The notes: generated by a model not told the origin, from the letters alone. A stretch of DNA of 64,000 nt from Candidatus Latescibacterota bacterium (GCA_965237675.1 OZ250150.1:1984001-2048000), one strand, 5' to 3'; shown: positions 1-11,863, numbered from the stretch's first letter. Made by a program: numbers and translations.

Positions 1-1
1 C

Positions 2-1876
2 GAGCGCGCGCTGCAGGTCCGCTTTGCCGTGGTCCTCGGTTCCGCGGTCAATCCGGTACTGCGCCAGGGAAACTCGGACCGGCGCGCCGCGACTTCGGTC
101 AAGGAATTCTTCCGGAAACATCCCCACAAAATGATGCGGCCATGGCCGAAGTCGGGGTCCAGGGCCCGGGTCGCGCACATGAACGGCAGGGATTTCTTCG
201 AGAGTGAGAAATCGACCACAGTGAACGCAGCGACTCGTGTGCGGATCGAGTTCGTGGCCGCCGACGGGCAGGTCACCGTGCTCAAAGACGGGATATCACT
301 GGAAACCGGCGAAGTGGTCGACACCGCGACGATGAACGTGAGAGCCCTCCGGCGATTCTATTCGGAGCAGATGGACGCCGCAAAGCGGGACGGGGCGCTG
401 CTGTCACTGCATCTCAAATCCACGATGATGAAAGTCTCCGATCCCATTATGTTCGGCCACTGTGTGTCGGTCTATTTCCAGGAGGCGCTGGACAAACATG
501 CCGATACGCTGGAAGCGATCGGGGCGGACGTGAAATACGGCCTTGCCGATGTGCTCGCCCGGCTCGATCGCCTGCCTGCGGACAAAATGGCCGAGATCGA
601 GGCTGATATCGCCGGGGTTTATGGCAGTCGTCCCGGACTGGCCATGGTCGATTCCGATCGCGGCATCACCAACCTGCATAGGCCGAACGACGTCATTATC
701 GATGCCTCGATGCCGAACGTGGTCCGCGACGGCGGCAAGATGTGGAATCCGGACGGAGAACCGCAGGATACGATCGCCATGGTGCCCGACCGGTGTTATG
801 CGACCATGTATAAGGAGATTCTCGACGACGCGAAAGCGCGTGGCCAGTTCGATCCGGCCACCATGGGCAGCGTGTCCAATGTGGGTCTTATGGCGCAGAA
901 GGCCGAGGAGTACGGGTCGCACGACAAGACGTTTGAAGCACCTGCCGCAGGAGAGATTCGCGTTGTCGACGCGTCCGGTAACGTGTTGCTCGTTCAGGCG
1001 GTCGAAGTCGGCGATATCTTCCGGATGTGCCAGACGAAGGAGGCCGCCATTCGGGACTGGGTTGGCCTTGCCGTGAGAAGAGCGGGAGCCACCGGCGCGC
1101 CGGTGGTCTTCTGGCTCGACCGGATCAGGGCGCACGATGCTGAAATCATCGCGAAGTTGAACCTTTTTCTTCCGGATCATGACACAAGGGGTCAGGACGT
1201 CCGCGTGATGAGACCCCAGGACGCGATGCGGTTCTCGCTGGAACGGATCCGGAGAGGAGAGGATACCATTGCGGCGACAGGCAACGTGCTTCGCGACTAT
1301 CTGACCGATCTGTTCCCCATACTGGAACTCGGGACCAGCGCGAGGATGCTGTCGATCGTGAGATTGATGGACGGAGGCGGGCTGTTCGAGACAGGGGCCG
1401 GCGGGTCGGCGCCCAAGCATGTCCAACAGTTCCTGAAAGAAGGACATCTGAGGTGGGACTCGCTGGGCGAATACTGCGCCCTTGTACCCTCGTTTCGCCT
1501 GATTGCCGAGAACACGGGGAATACAATGGCCGCGCTCTTCGCCGATACGCTGGATCAGGCCATTACGAGATACCTGGAGAACTCGCGGTCGCCCTCCCGC
1601 AAGGTGAACGAGATCGACAACCGGGGCAGCACGTTCTATCTTGCGATGTACTGGGCGCAAGCCCTGGCGGCCCAGGACAGCGACGGGGAACTGAAGGCGC
1701 GGTTTAGGGGTGTCGCAAGAAGGCTCGAGGAAAATGAGGACAGGATTACGAAGGAATTGTTGGCCGCGCAAGGTGCGCCGGTTGAAATTGGCGGCTATTA
1801 TACGCCCGATCCGGACCTGACGGCCAGGGCGATGCGGCCCAGCCGGACCTTCAATACCATTATAGACGCCGCGTGA
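2..1876 (+). CDS. icd: Monomeric NADP-dependent isocitrate dehydrogenase, 5' end outside the window
   Basis: Monomeric-IDH motifs [64 protein letters not shown]; frame is open to the window edge. Confidence 0.95.
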   Translation, partial: ERALQVRFAVVLGSAVNPVLRQGNSDRRAATSVKEFFRKHPHKMMRPWPKSGSRARVAHMNGRDFFESEKSTTVNAATRVRIEFVAADGQVTVLKDGISLETGEVVDTATMNVRALRRFYSEQMDAAKRDGALLSLHLKSTMMKVSDPIMFGHCVSVYFQEALDKHADTLEAIGADVKYGLADVLARLDRLPADKMAEIEADIAGVYGSRPGLAMVDSDRGITNLHRPNDVIIDASMPNVVRDGGKMWNPDGEPQDTIAMVPDRCYATMYKEILDDAKARGQFDPATMGSVSNVGLMAQKAEEYGSHDKTFEAPAAGEIRVVDASGNVLLVQAVEVGDIFRMCQTKEAAIRDWVGLAVRRAGATGAPVVFWLDRIRAHDAEIIAKLNLFLPDHDTRGQDVRVMRPQDAMRFSLERIRRGEDTIAATGNVLRDYLTDLFPILELGTSARMLSIVRLMDGGGLFETGAGGSAPKHVQQFLKEGHLRWDSLGEYCALVPSFRLIAENTGNTMAALFADTLDQAITRYLENSRSPSRKVNEIDNRGSTFYLAMYWAQALAAQDSDGELKARFRGVARRLEENEDRITKELLAAQGAPVEIGGYYTPDPDLTARAMRPSRTFNTIIDAA

Positions 1877-3356
1877 ATTGCGACCTGAGCGGCCTGCGCT
1901 GGCTCTGAAGAGAAGGATCCACGGGGTCCGGCGCATCCGCCTGGTTTGTTCCCTCGTAGACTTTTGCCGCGCTCAGCGCTTCCTGGAATGCGGCCAGGGG
2001 CCGATCGGCGCCGGGGTACCGGTCGGCGTGCGTGGAACCGTTTTCCAGTTTGAGCACGCCGCGCGGGCAGACGGCGGAGCAGATGCCGCATCCCACGCAC
2101 GACGCGCGTACGATGTTTTCGCCGCGCTGGGCGTAGGCCCGGACGTCGATGCCCATTTCGCAGTATGTCGAGCAGTTGCCGCAGGACATGCACTGGCCGC
2201 CGTTGGTGGTGATACGGAAACGGGAGAAGAAACGCTGGAAGATGCCCAGAATCGCGGCCATGGGGCAGCCGAAACGGCACCAGACGCGGTTTCCCATCAG
2301 AGGATAGAAACCCACGCCGATGACGCCGGAAAACAGGGCGCCGATGTAGAAACCGTACGCACTGGCGAGCGGCCCGGAAAGCCGGCCGAAGACACGGCCT
2401 TCCGTTGCGGAGTTGATCCAGAGCGCGGCTGTGGTGACGGTAATGAAGACGAGGACCGCGTAGACGATGCCTCTTTCGATTCTCCAGGATTGGGTTGACT
2501 TGCTGGATAGCTGGCGAAAGGGGTCGCCCAGGGTCTCGGCGAGGCCGCCGCAGCCGCAGACCCAGGAGCAGTACCAGCGTTTTCCGTAAAAATAGGTAAG
2601 CGCGGGCGTGGCGATGAAGGTGGCCACGGCGCCCCAGAAGACCATAAAGACGCCAAGGGCGCCCGGATGGCTGGTCAGACTGCCGACGGTGGAGGGAAAG
2701 AGGTAGTCGTATTTGAGCGGCCAGAAATAGGTGAAATAGAATTCGGGCTGGTTGAAGCTCTTGAGCAGTTGCGGAATCAGAAAAGCGAAGCCGAGTTGGA
2801 AAAACATGACGGAGGCGGTGCGGATGATCTGGTAGCGATTGTGGCGGTACTTCATGAACATGCGGACGCCGAACACGAGGATGGCGAGCGTGTACAGGAA
2901 GCCGTAGAAGAACCATCGATCCGCGGGGCCGCCGGCAAGCGCGTGGGCAAGAGGGTCGACCAGCCGAACACCGCGTTCCAGGTATTCGGGCCACCAGTAG
3001 AGCACGATGTAAAACCCTGTGAAGGCAATGCCCAGACCCCAACCGATGAGACCCAGATGGGTCGCGCTGCCGAACATAATCCCATCGTGCTTGATGCCCG
3101 GGACCGTGTTTTTGTAGGTGGACCAGAAATACGCAGCCGATCCCGGCACGATAAGTCCGAAGCTGAGCAGCAGGCCGGTCCATGTGCCGGAAAGGGGACC
3201 GAGCAGGGTGACGACGAGGGCGAGGAAGCCGAGGGCAACGGCGGATATGGAGATCCTTTCAGACCAGGATGCCGGCGGCGCGGGTTGCGCCGGCGGTTCC
3301 TCGAAGCCAAGCGTTTCTTCGTCGAAATCATAGTCGAGGGTGGCGATATCCATCAT
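1860..3356 (-). CDS. Multi-pass membrane 4Fe-4S binding protein (polyferredoxin)
   Basis: Several hydrophobic helices; [14 protein letters not shown] and RVWCRFGCP motifs; two CxxCxxCxxxC ferredoxin motifs; convergent 17-bp overlap with icd. Confidence 0.85.
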   Translation of the reverse strand: MMDIATLDYDFDEETLGFEEPPAQPAPPASWSERISISAVALGFLALVVTLLGPLSGTWTGLLLSFGLIVPGSAAYFWSTYKNTVPGIKHDGIMFGSATHLGLIGWGLGIAFTGFYIVLYWWPEYLERGVRLVDPLAHALAGGPADRWFFYGFLYTLAILVFGVRMFMKYRHNRYQIIRTASVMFFQLGFAFLIPQLLKSFNQPEFYFTYFWPLKYDYLFPSTVGSLTSHPGALGVFMVFWGAVATFIATPALTYFYGKRWYCSWVCGCGGLAETLGDPFRQLSSKSTQSWRIERGIVYAVLVFITVTTAALWINSATEGRVFGRLSGPLASAYGFYIGALFSGVIGVGFYPLMGNRVWCRFGCPMAAILGIFQRFFSRFRITTNGGQCMSCGNCSTYCEMGIDVRAYAQRGENIVRASCVGCGICSAVCPRGVLKLENGSTHADRYPGADRPLAAFQEALSAAKVYEGTNQADAPDPVDPSLQSQRRPLRSQFTRRL

Positions 3357-4621
3357 GAGAGTTGCTCCCTTAGGGTCGGTACGATTTCGTGCTCGTGCCG
3401 GTCGAAGAATTCCGGGTCGAAGTTGGCCTCCGCCAGGTGGTCCAGAACGAAGTCGACCGGGCGCTCTTCCGAAATCCAGGCCTCGCAGACTTCATGTCGG
3501 TAACGGATGCCCATGAGGTTGAAGCCGATCACGCCCTGATCGGTGTGCACGATACGCACGGACTGGCGCTGGTATGGGTGCTGCCAGAAGCAATTTTTCT
3601 CGCCCGGCACGTTGAGGTTGACGCGTCCGTAGACCTGGTATTCCAAGTCAAGGAACTTGGCGGAGTTGAACCAGATGCCGGGGTCGTACGAACGGTCTTC
3701 GCCCGCGATGACTTCGCCCGCAACCTCGCCCTGTTTCTTGCCGGTGTACCAGACCTGCTGCAACAGATTTCGGTCGCCGCCGGTTACAATTTCGGCACAG
3801 TCGCCCGCGGCGTAAATGTCCGGAGCACTGGTCTGAAAACGGTGATCGACCAGAATGCCGCGGCCGGTTTCTATGGCGGATTCCTTTACCAGGTCGGTAT
3901 TGGGAGAAACACCGGCCGTGAGGCCGACAAACTGGCATTCCAACCGTTCGCCGTCTTCTGTTACAACGCCGCATGCTCTGCCGTTTCCGTCGTCCAGAAT
4001 CTCCTTGAGGCTGGCCTGGAGTTTGAGACCGATGCCCTGTTCCCGGATGATCTCGTTGACCATACCGGACTCTTCTTTGGGGAGGACATTGCCCCAGTAC
4101 GTCGGTTCGCGTACGAGAAAGGTGACGTGAATGTTGCGCGTATGCAGCATTTCGGCGAGTTCAATGCCGATAAGGCCGCCGCCGACAATCACGGCATGGC
4201 GAGTGTACTTTGCGCTGTCGTAGAGAGTGCGGAGGTCCTGAAGGGAATAGAGACCCTGGACGCCTTTGAGGTCCTGGCCCGGCCATCCGAATTTGTTGGA
4301 CTTGGAGCCGGTGGCGATGAGCAATTTGTCAAAGTGGAAATCTCCGCCTCGGTGAAGGGTAAGGCATTTTTGCGCGGCGTCGATCCCGGTGACCCAGTCG
4401 CGGCGGAGGTCGAGACGGTTTATGGACCAGAAGTCGTCTTCGAAGGGTTTGGTGCCCCGATAGGTCATGTGGCCCATGAAAATATACATCAGGGCCGGCC
4501 GGGAATAGTGGTAACTGGATTCGCCGGAGATGAGGGTGATGCGCCAGTCGGGCTGTTTGCGCCGCAGCCTGATCGCTGCGGTAACACCGGTGACGCCGTT
4601 GCCGATAATGGCGACGTGCAC
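3353..4621 (-). CDS. NAD(P)/FAD-dependent oxidoreductase (pyridine nucleotide-disulfide fold)
   Basis: IIGNGVTG FAD motif, LIATGS, VIVGGGLIGIE NAD motif, IYAAGDCAE; GTG start at 4621 behind AAGGAGG; 4-bp overlap with the Fe-S gene. Confidence 0.88.
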   Translation of the reverse strand: MHVAIIGNGVTGVTAAIRLRRKQPDWRITLISGESSYHYSRPALMYIFMGHMTYRGTKPFEDDFWSINRLDLRRDWVTGIDAAQKCLTLHRGGDFHFDKLLIATGSKSNKFGWPGQDLKGVQGLYSLQDLRTLYDSAKYTRHAVIVGGGLIGIELAEMLHTRNIHVTFLVREPTYWGNVLPKEESGMVNEIIREQGIGLKLQASLKEILDDGNGRACGVVTEDGERLECQFVGLTAGVSPNTDLVKESAIETGRGILVDHRFQTSAPDIYAAGDCAEIVTGGDRNLLQQVWYTGKKQGEVAGEVIAGEDRSYDPGIWFNSAKFLDLEYQVYGRVNLNVPGEKNCFWQHPYQRQSVRIVHTDQGVIGFNLMGIRYRHEVCEAWISEERPVDFVLDHLAEANFDPEFFDRHEHEIVPTLREQLS

Positions 4622-5333
4622 GAATGCGCCTCCTTGATTCCTCCTGACGGCGGGAGGTAGGTTTTTACTGCATTCAGTCCGTCGACGGGGGTTCCCTAAG
4701 GTCAGTCGGACCATTGAACACGGCGAAATGCCTCTCTCAACAGGTCAAACGCTGTCACATTGCCGGGGCGCTGATCCGGACCGCCGCCTGACCGCGACCG
4801 CGGTGGTATGCCGCGATTGCAGGGTATTCCGCGGCGTATCGCATTGAAATTAAACAATACAACCGGAAAGTCAAGAGCGTATACTGTAGTTGATTCGCAG
4901 AGGGACTTCGCATTTTTTTCCGGAATTCCGACCGTTCTTCCCGTCGAATCGTCCGTCGGCGCGGCCGGTTATTCAATGCGGCGACGGCTGGGTGATAGAA
5001 TCCCATGTGACTTCTGGAGTAAAATCGTGCACGGGCCTACTTACGAAAGGCGTGCAGGATCATTGCAGGAGGGTGTGTACAAGTTCGATCGCAAGCCCGG
5101 ATTCCTGCATTTAACTGACGAACCCGGCGGGGCGCAGGTTCCATAAACCTCGTGTCGGGCGTCCGTGCGTGATCACCCGTACTCGCGGGTGTCACAGAGA
5201 ACGTCACCGAAAATGAAGTGTTGGAATGGTGGCGAAGCTCGTGGAAATGGGGTTCAAGTAGCACTGGAAGGATCCGGAGGTCTTCGAATCCCGCCGCAGC
5301 GCCTGGCGTGGATTCAGATGGGAGAAGGTGCAA

Positions 5334-7796
5334 ATGAGCGTGCCGCCGGCAGACGAGATCACCCTTGAGGAACAGGAGCGTCCCAACCTTTTCCTTACCG
5401 TGCAGGAACTGGAGAGGATCCGGAAACGGGTACGGCAGTCAGGGACTTACCAGGCCGCGCGATTTGCCGAGATCAGGAAGGCGGCTGAGGCGTGGCTCGA
5501 AGATCCCATACCGCAACCGGACATGGGCGGCGGGATTTCAAGATCGTTCAGCTGTCCGGATGACGGGAACTACCTGGTATACGACAGGAAGGAATCCCGC
5601 TCGCACCGGTGCCCCAAATGTGGAAAGGAGTATGGCGGGGAGGCATACGACGGCTGGTGGCGCAGGCTTGCGCATCACGAAGTCGCCTATGCGTCGAGGG
5701 ATCTGGCGCTGGTCTATGCGATAACCGGCGACGTGAGATCCGCGCGGGAGGCGGCGCGGATCCTCGTGGACAACGCAAATCTGTATCCGACGTTACCTGC
5801 GCTGAATCTGTCGCGGCTGGGGATCGAGGCGCTGGACGAGGTCCGGCTGCTCATCGCGTTCGCGTCGGCTTACGATCTGGTGTCCACGAGCGGGTTTCTC
5901 TCGGCGGATGAACGAAATCGCATCGAGAACGGCTACTTCCGGAATGCGGCTGAGTTGATCAGGGTGGGGCAGGGGTCGTTCGTGGTGGACGGGACGATCG
6001 GTTCCAACTTCCAGGCCACCATCGATGCGGGTGTGGGTGTTGCGGGGCTGCTCCTGAGAGATCCGGGCCTGACGGCGTTCGCGATCAATGGGCCGGTGGG
6101 GTTTAACCGTCTTATGGAGATCGGGGTGCTGGAAAACGGGATGTGGTGGGAGTCGTCCATTCAGTACCATCTCGCCGTGATCCGATGGCTGCTGTACCTC
6201 ACGGAGGCCGCGTGGCGGTCGGGTATCGACCTATATCGGAATGAATCGTTCAGGCGGATGTTCAGATTGCCGATGCAAATGGCGTTTCCTGACGGCACGT
6301 TTCCAGTCATGAACGACGGCGTGTTCGATCAGCATATCGACCAGCACAGGGTGAACGCGGAGATCTATTACGCGCGAACCGGTGACGCGTCCGTGGCTTC
6401 GCTGCTTTTGCCGGGTCAGGTCACACGCGACGCGAGTTGGAACTGGGCATGGGACCTTTCGCTGTGCCTCGAGCCCACGTGGAAACCGGTTCAGCCGGCC
6501 AGGCCCCGCAGCGTGAACCTGGCGCCGAATGTGGCCATCCTCCGCTCCGTTGGAGACAATGGGATCCATGTGGCCATGGACTACGGCCCGCACGGTGGCT
6601 CGCACGGGCATCCGGACGCGCTGAATCTCGTGATTCACGCCAATGGCATGTTGCAGGCGCCCGACTTCGGCAACGGCGGCACGTATGCGTTGAAGGAATG
6701 GCGGGAATGGTACAAGCAGACGGTCAGCCACAATACAGTTGTTCCAGACGGGAAGTCGCTTTTTCCGTGCACGGGCAGGCTGAATTGTATTCACCTCAGC
6801 CCGCGGGCGAAAATCATGGACGCTTCGGCGGCCACCGACCCGTACAGCAATCAGACGGATCAGGATATATACGGCCATCCGCTTCCGGCGTTGAGACGGG
6901 TTGTGGCCCTTTTGGACGAGTCGTTTGTCGTGGACGTGTTTCGTGTGAGGTCCGGCCGGCCCTGCGACTGGGTCTATCGCAACCTGGGATTGCTCCAAAC
7001 CGGGGAGAAGATGGCCGTTCGGGAGGCTCCGCTCGGGAACGACAACGGGTATCAGCACATAAGAAACGTGAAAGGCGGGACCGCATCGGGCGAAAGCTGG
7101 AGGGCGACCTGGACGCGGGATGGGCAGGGAATGGCCCTGACGGCCGTCGGCGTTGAGGATAGAGAGTACTTTACTGGGGACGGGTACGGAAAACGGATCG
7201 ACGAGACGGTGTCCATGGTGCTGGTGCGCGCGGGCGGCGGGGATCCTGTTTTCAAGAACGTGCTGGAACCGTTCGTCGACAGACCATCCATCGTCGGGGC
7301 GCGGGAACTCGCCGTGGGCTGGCCGGATATCTGTCCCGACGGTTCCGGAATACCGGGGGTGGGGCTGGAGATCGATCGGGGAGACAACCGCCACTTTTTT
7401 CTCTTGGGATTCTGCTGGGGCGAAAAGCGGTTCGGGGACATCTCATTTGACGGTCAGATTGCGTATCTATCTTGCCGCCGGGACCAGAAGAAAGGTCTGC
7501 CCGACTACGCGTACCTGGTGGATACTCAGACGGTCTCGCGGGGCTCATTCTCGATTCGCATGAACCGGATGGCAACGCTCTATCTGCAGAGACAGGCAGA
7601 CGACGTGTACCTCCTTGCGAAACAGGGCGGCGACGCAGCGCACCTGGAGATCGGATGTGCAGACTGGAAGAACGCGACCGTCTTCGCACGCAACGAACCT
7701 GGCGCGCCTGCGGATGAAATCGACGCATCCGTAAAGAACGGCGTTCTTTCATTTAATGTGAACCCCGATTCGAGATACGAGATACGATTTCGATAG
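5334..7796 (+). CDS. Heparinase II/III-like (polysaccharide lyase-like) protein
   Basis: Helical N-terminal domain, WWESSIQYH, PDGTFPVMNDG, DYGPHGGSHGHPDALN and QTVSHNTVVPDG motifs. Confidence 0.8.
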   Translation: MSVPPADEITLEEQERPNLFLTVQELERIRKRVRQSGTYQAARFAEIRKAAEAWLEDPIPQPDMGGGISRSFSCPDDGNYLVYDRKESRSHRCPKCGKEYGGEAYDGWWRRLAHHEVAYASRDLALVYAITGDVRSAREAARILVDNANLYPTLPALNLSRLGIEALDEVRLLIAFASAYDLVSTSGFLSADERNRIENGYFRNAAELIRVGQGSFVVDGTIGSNFQATIDAGVGVAGLLLRDPGLTAFAINGPVGFNRLMEIGVLENGMWWESSIQYHLAVIRWLLYLTEAAWRSGIDLYRNESFRRMFRLPMQMAFPDGTFPVMNDGVFDQHIDQHRVNAEIYYARTGDASVASLLLPGQVTRDASWNWAWDLSLCLEPTWKPVQPARPRSVNLAPNVAILRSVGDNGIHVAMDYGPHGGSHGHPDALNLVIHANGMLQAPDFGNGGTYALKEWREWYKQTVSHNTVVPDGKSLFPCTGRLNCIHLSPRAKIMDASAATDPYSNQTDQDIYGHPLPALRRVVALLDESFVVDVFRVRSGRPCDWVYRNLGLLQTGEKMAVREAPLGNDNGYQHIRNVKGGTASGESWRATWTRDGQGMALTAVGVEDREYFTGDGYGKRIDETVSMVLVRAGGGDPVFKNVLEPFVDRPSIVGARELAVGWPDICPDGSGIPGVGLEIDRGDNRHFFLLGFCWGEKRFGDISFDGQIAYLSCRRDQKKGLPDYAYLVDTQTVSRGSFSIRMNRMATLYLQRQADDVYLLAKQGGDAAHLEIGCADWKNATVFARNEPGAPADEIDASVKNGVLSFNVNPDSRYEIRFR

Positions 7797-7852
7797 AACC
7801 GGGACCAAAGCTGTCGCGTTTGTGGGTGCGTTTCGTGCCGCCCAGGCCGGCG

Positions 7853-9058
7853 TCAGCTTTTCCTGGGGTCCAGGTCGTATACCCTGAAGGCGCCCCAACG
7901 GGTAATCGACGTGGGTACATCCCGCGCCTTCACGCCGAGCCGCTTCTGCATCAGACTTCGTCGCGCCCTCACGTCTCCCGGATGGAGCGTGATGGTATCG
8001 ATTCCGTTTTCCGGAGGGTTGGCGAACGAGAACAGGTCGGACCCACCGTGTGTCATCGGTTCGTCGTCGATCCGGAGACGAACCACGCCGCCCCTCGTAT
8101 CCCATTCAACCCGGAACCTGTACACCTTGTCGTTCGCAACCGCTACGGACTGATCGAATTTGGTGATGCCTTCGGCGGTGCAGATGATTATCTTGCCCCT
8201 TAGCAACCCGAACTGGATATTTCCGTACTTGATGATGCCCTGGTATTCTTCCAGGATGAGGCAGGACTCCAGTGTTACGTCGGCCGGGCTCATCTCGAAT
8301 TCGACGGCGCCCGCTTTCAGTGGCGGGATGCGGGCTTTCACATAGCCGTACCGGGTGGCCGTCTCCAGCCATCGGTAATCGACGGGGCGCATCACAGTCT
8401 CACAGACGTTGTCGTCCGGCATGCCGTCCGGCGGCGGCGCGACAGGCGCCCAATACAGTGGGAAGGCCTCCCGGAAGGTCCCGATGTCGCCACTGAACTC
8501 GCAATATTCCCTCAGTCGTATCAGGCTGCCGGGTTCTGCCGACACCGTGGCGAGTTCGATTCCGGAGAGTTCCTGAACGTCCGGCCCGAGGCATTCTGGG
8601 ATTTCGACCGGGTCGTTTTTGTCCAGGGTGAACCACAGCTTTCCCTGTGTGAAGTCGAATCCGCCAAAGGTGAAACAATGTTCGTCGGACGGTACGACAT
8701 ACTGCTGGCGAATCGCAGGCTCGGCATAGGGCTTGCCGTAGTGAAAAGTCAGTGATTCGCCGGTATGCACGGAGCCGGCGGCTCCAGTCAGGTGGATCCG
8801 ACCGTCGACGTCGATCCGACAATCCAATGCGAGCCGTTCGTTTTCGTCATAGAAATAGATGTGGTAGCATTGTCCGAGGGCGAATCGAAGCCTCAATCTG
8901 ACGGCATCTCCCGGCCGCCGGATCGGGTTGTCGATTCGCCTGCAACAGCGCGCGCGGCCCCTTGAACCGTCAATCGTGAGGTAGCCGCCCTCTCCGAAGA
9001 CATAGGCGGCACCTTCGCCGCGGTCGTGCCAGCAGAAGTCCTGCGAGGCAATCAGCAT
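7853..9058 (-). CDS. Hypothetical protein, beta-rich
   Basis: About 400 aa of protein-like sequence from ATG 9058 (MLIASQDF); the upstream ORF extension overlaps the next gene. Confidence 0.65.
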   Translation of the reverse strand: MLIASQDFCWHDRGEGAAYVFGEGGYLTIDGSRGRARCCRRIDNPIRRPGDAVRLRLRFALGQCYHIYFYDENERLALDCRIDVDGRIHLTGAAGSVHTGESLTFHYGKPYAEPAIRQQYVVPSDEHCFTFGGFDFTQGKLWFTLDKNDPVEIPECLGPDVQELSGIELATVSAEPGSLIRLREYCEFSGDIGTFREAFPLYWAPVAPPPDGMPDDNVCETVMRPVDYRWLETATRYGYVKARIPPLKAGAVEFEMSPADVTLESCLILEEYQGIIKYGNIQFGLLRGKIIICTAEGITKFDQSVAVANDKVYRFRVEWDTRGGVVRLRIDDEPMTHGGSDLFSFANPPENGIDTITLHPGDVRARRSLMQKRLGVKARDVPTSITRWGAFRVYDLDPRKS

Positions 9059-9178
9059 GGATGCGCTCCCTGATTCGTGGGGATTCGAGGTCAATCGTCC
9101 TGAGCGAAAATAGGGTGTCCGGGTCGGACGATCAAGCAGGATTGTATCGTCGCCGGAACAAAATGAGGAGGAATCGTC

Positions 9179-11863
9179 GTGACCAGGGGCAGTTTGTTCT
9201 ACCCGGCGGAGTTGATCGAGAAGGCGAAGCGCAACGCGGAGAATTACGCCTGGGCGCAGCGGGCGAGGGACCGGATCGTCGAGGCGGCGCAGCCGTGGAT
9301 GGCATTTTCGGACGATGAACTGTGGGACCTGATGTTCGGAAGCGCCATCCGAAGATCCTGGATGGTCTGGTCCAACGGGCATTGCCCGGCTTGCAAAGAG
9401 GGCGTCCCGATGTACAACTGGCGTATCCAGGCACTGCGCCTACCGTGGAAGCTCCGCTGCCCGCGCTGCGAAGAGTTGTTTCCCAAGAACGACTTCCATG
9501 CGTATTACCGCTCCGGCCTGGACGGACACGGGGTGTTTCAACACGATCTGGCAGACGGATCGCTGTTATTCAATACGGAGCATCCGGATCCGGACGACCC
9601 GCTGCACAGGTTCGGCGTGGACGACGGCGAAGGGTACCGGGACGGCGGGAATATCTGGTGGTTCGTCGGGACGTACCTGGTCTACGGGCAATGGAAGCAG
9701 GTCGTGCACGGCGGGATCAGGGCGCTCGCCGCGGCTTACGCGGCAACCGGCGAACCGGTGTTTGCGCACAAGGCGGGGGTGCTGCTGGACCGCGTGGCGG
9801 ATCTGTATACGACGTTTAATTTCAAAGATCAGGCGATGATGTACGAAGGGCCGGCCCACGCCGGGTACGTATCCACGTGGCACGATGCGTGCGAGGAGGC
9901 GCGGGAACTGGCGCAGGCTTACGACCAGGTACGAGAGGCCCTGAGGGCTGATGATGCGCTGGCGGGGTTCTTGAGCGAGAAGGCTGCGAAGTACGGCGTT
10001 GGGGCGAGCAAGTCATCGCCGGAGGACGTGACGCGCCATATCGAGGAGGGAATATTGCAGGATACTGTTGTGAACCACGATCGTATCCGTTCCAACTATC
10101 CCCGCAAGGAAATCGCGTTGATTACGATTCATTCGGTCCTGGACTGGGAGGGAAACCGGGCGAAAGTCTACGGGTTGATCGACGAGATGATGGAGCGTGC
10201 GACGGCGGTGGACGGGGTGACGGGCGAAAAGGGTCTCGCGGGTTACTGTTCGGGGGTGATACAGAGTCTGGCTCAGTTTCTGGCGCGGTTCAGCCGTGTC
10301 GATGCGGCCTTTCTGGGGGATATGCTTGAACGGCATCCAAAGCTGAGGCAGACCTATCGGTTTCATATCGATACGTGGTGCCTGCAACAATACTATCCCC
10401 AGGTGGGCGACACGGGATCTTACGCGGCGAAGGTCGATAACTACGTGGGGGTCTCCTTTTCGAAGGATCCCGGGTTGGAACCGTCGATGTTCGCGTTCCT
10501 GTGGCATCTTTATCGGGAGACCGGTGATCCGGCCTACGTGCAGGCCCTGTTTCAGTCCAACGGGAATACCGTGGAGGGGTTGCCGCACGATCTCTTTGCG
10601 GACGACCCGCGCGCGTTTCAGGACGAAGTGCAGGCGGTTATCGACGCCGGCGGAACGGAGATCGAACAGGCCGGCGTAAACAAGACGGAATGGCGGCTGG
10701 CCGTGCTGCGGTCCGGTCAAGGAGAAAACCGCCGCGCCGCGTGGCTGGACTACGATTCGGGCGGGCCTCATGGGCATGCCGATGGGATGAACCTGGGGTT
10801 GTTTGCAATGGGCCTGGATCTGATGCCGGATTTCGGATATCCCCCGGTACATTACGGAGGCTGGTCGGGGCCGAAATTTCACTGGTACGTGAGTACCGCC
10901 GGTCACAACACTGTGGTCGTGGACGGAAAGGACCAGGAGCGCCCATCGGACGGCGAATCGACGTTGTGGGCGGATGGCGAGCAGTTCCGGGCCGTCCGGG
11001 CGAACGGATCCGCGCTCTACCGGATTCCACGCTATGAACGCACTGTGGCGATGGCGGACGTCTCGGATAGTAACAGCTACCTCCTGGACGTATTCCGCGT
11101 GGCGGGCGGGCGCGACCACGCGAAGTTTATGCACAGTCATTTCGGCAGGATTTCGACGGGGGGGCTTTCCCTGGAGCCGGCCGCGGATTACGGGTACGAA
11201 ACGCAGATGCGAAATTTCATGCGCGATCAACACCCGGACACCGGTTGGCACGTGGATTGGAAGGTCGAGGATCGGTTCGGATATCTGGAAGGGAACCGTG
11301 ACGTCCACCTGCGTTATACCGACCTGACGGAAGGGGCGGAGGCCTATACGGCCGAGGCGTGGGTCGCCCTGCGTGGTTTTGGCGGCAATGAGATGGCCTG
11401 GATTCCCAGGGTGATGGTGCGGCGGCAGTCGGATGCGGATCCGCTGGCGTCCACATTCGTGGGGGTCATTGAAGCCTATGAGGGCGAATCGACCCTTTCC
11501 GGCATTCGACGGCTTCCCCTGGAGGGCGGCAACGGCCGGGCGTGTTCGGAATCGGACGTGGCCGTGGAAATCGAACTGGCGGACGGTCGGCGGGATCTGA
11601 TATTGGCTCGAGACGTGGAGAACGCGGGACGGAACGGCGGGCAGATGGTGCAGAACGATCGGGGTATTCGGGCCGACGGTGAGTTGTGCCTGGTACGTCT
11701 GGACCGCGACGGCGGGATAATGGCGGTGGCAATCTGCAAGGGCAGGTCGTTACACGTTGGAAATACCCGCCTCGAGTTGAAATCGAAGACGGATTACGTC
11801 GAGGTGCGGTTTGATTCCGGCGCCCCCGCCATTGTCGCCGGAAATGGAGATTTGATTCAATAG
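9179..11863 (+). CDS. Heparinase II/III-like protein
   Basis: DYDSGGPHGHADGMN, DFGYPP and STAGHNTVVVDG motifs; GTG start behind GAGGAGG. Confidence 0.8.
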   Translation: MTRGSLFYPAELIEKAKRNAENYAWAQRARDRIVEAAQPWMAFSDDELWDLMFGSAIRRSWMVWSNGHCPACKEGVPMYNWRIQALRLPWKLRCPRCEELFPKNDFHAYYRSGLDGHGVFQHDLADGSLLFNTEHPDPDDPLHRFGVDDGEGYRDGGNIWWFVGTYLVYGQWKQVVHGGIRALAAAYAATGEPVFAHKAGVLLDRVADLYTTFNFKDQAMMYEGPAHAGYVSTWHDACEEARELAQAYDQVREALRADDALAGFLSEKAAKYGVGASKSSPEDVTRHIEEGILQDTVVNHDRIRSNYPRKEIALITIHSVLDWEGNRAKVYGLIDEMMERATAVDGVTGEKGLAGYCSGVIQSLAQFLARFSRVDAAFLGDMLERHPKLRQTYRFHIDTWCLQQYYPQVGDTGSYAAKVDNYVGVSFSKDPGLEPSMFAFLWHLYRETGDPAYVQALFQSNGNTVEGLPHDLFADDPRAFQDEVQAVIDAGGTEIEQAGVNKTEWRLAVLRSGQGENRRAAWLDYDSGGPHGHADGMNLGLFAMGLDLMPDFGYPPVHYGGWSGPKFHWYVSTAGHNTVVVDGKDQERPSDGESTLWADGEQFRAVRANGSALYRIPRYERTVAMADVSDSNSYLLDVFRVAGGRDHAKFMHSHFGRISTGGLSLEPAADYGYETQMRNFMRDQHPDTGWHVDWKVEDRFGYLEGNRDVHLRYTDLTEGAEAYTAEAWVALRGFGGNEMAWIPRVMVRRQSDADPLASTFVGVIEAYEGESTLSGIRRLPLEGGNGRACSESDVAVEIELADGRRDLILARDVENAGRNGGQMVQNDRGIRADGELCLVRLDRDGGIMAVAICKGRSLHVGNTRLELKSKTDYVEVRFDSGAPAIVAGNGDLIQ

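Noticed and set aside
5226-5333. In-frame upstream extension of the heparinase gene across a TAG (possible amber read-through)
   Set aside because: The extension is short and not domain-like, a plausible RBS and ATG exist at 5334, and no pyrrolysine context is visible
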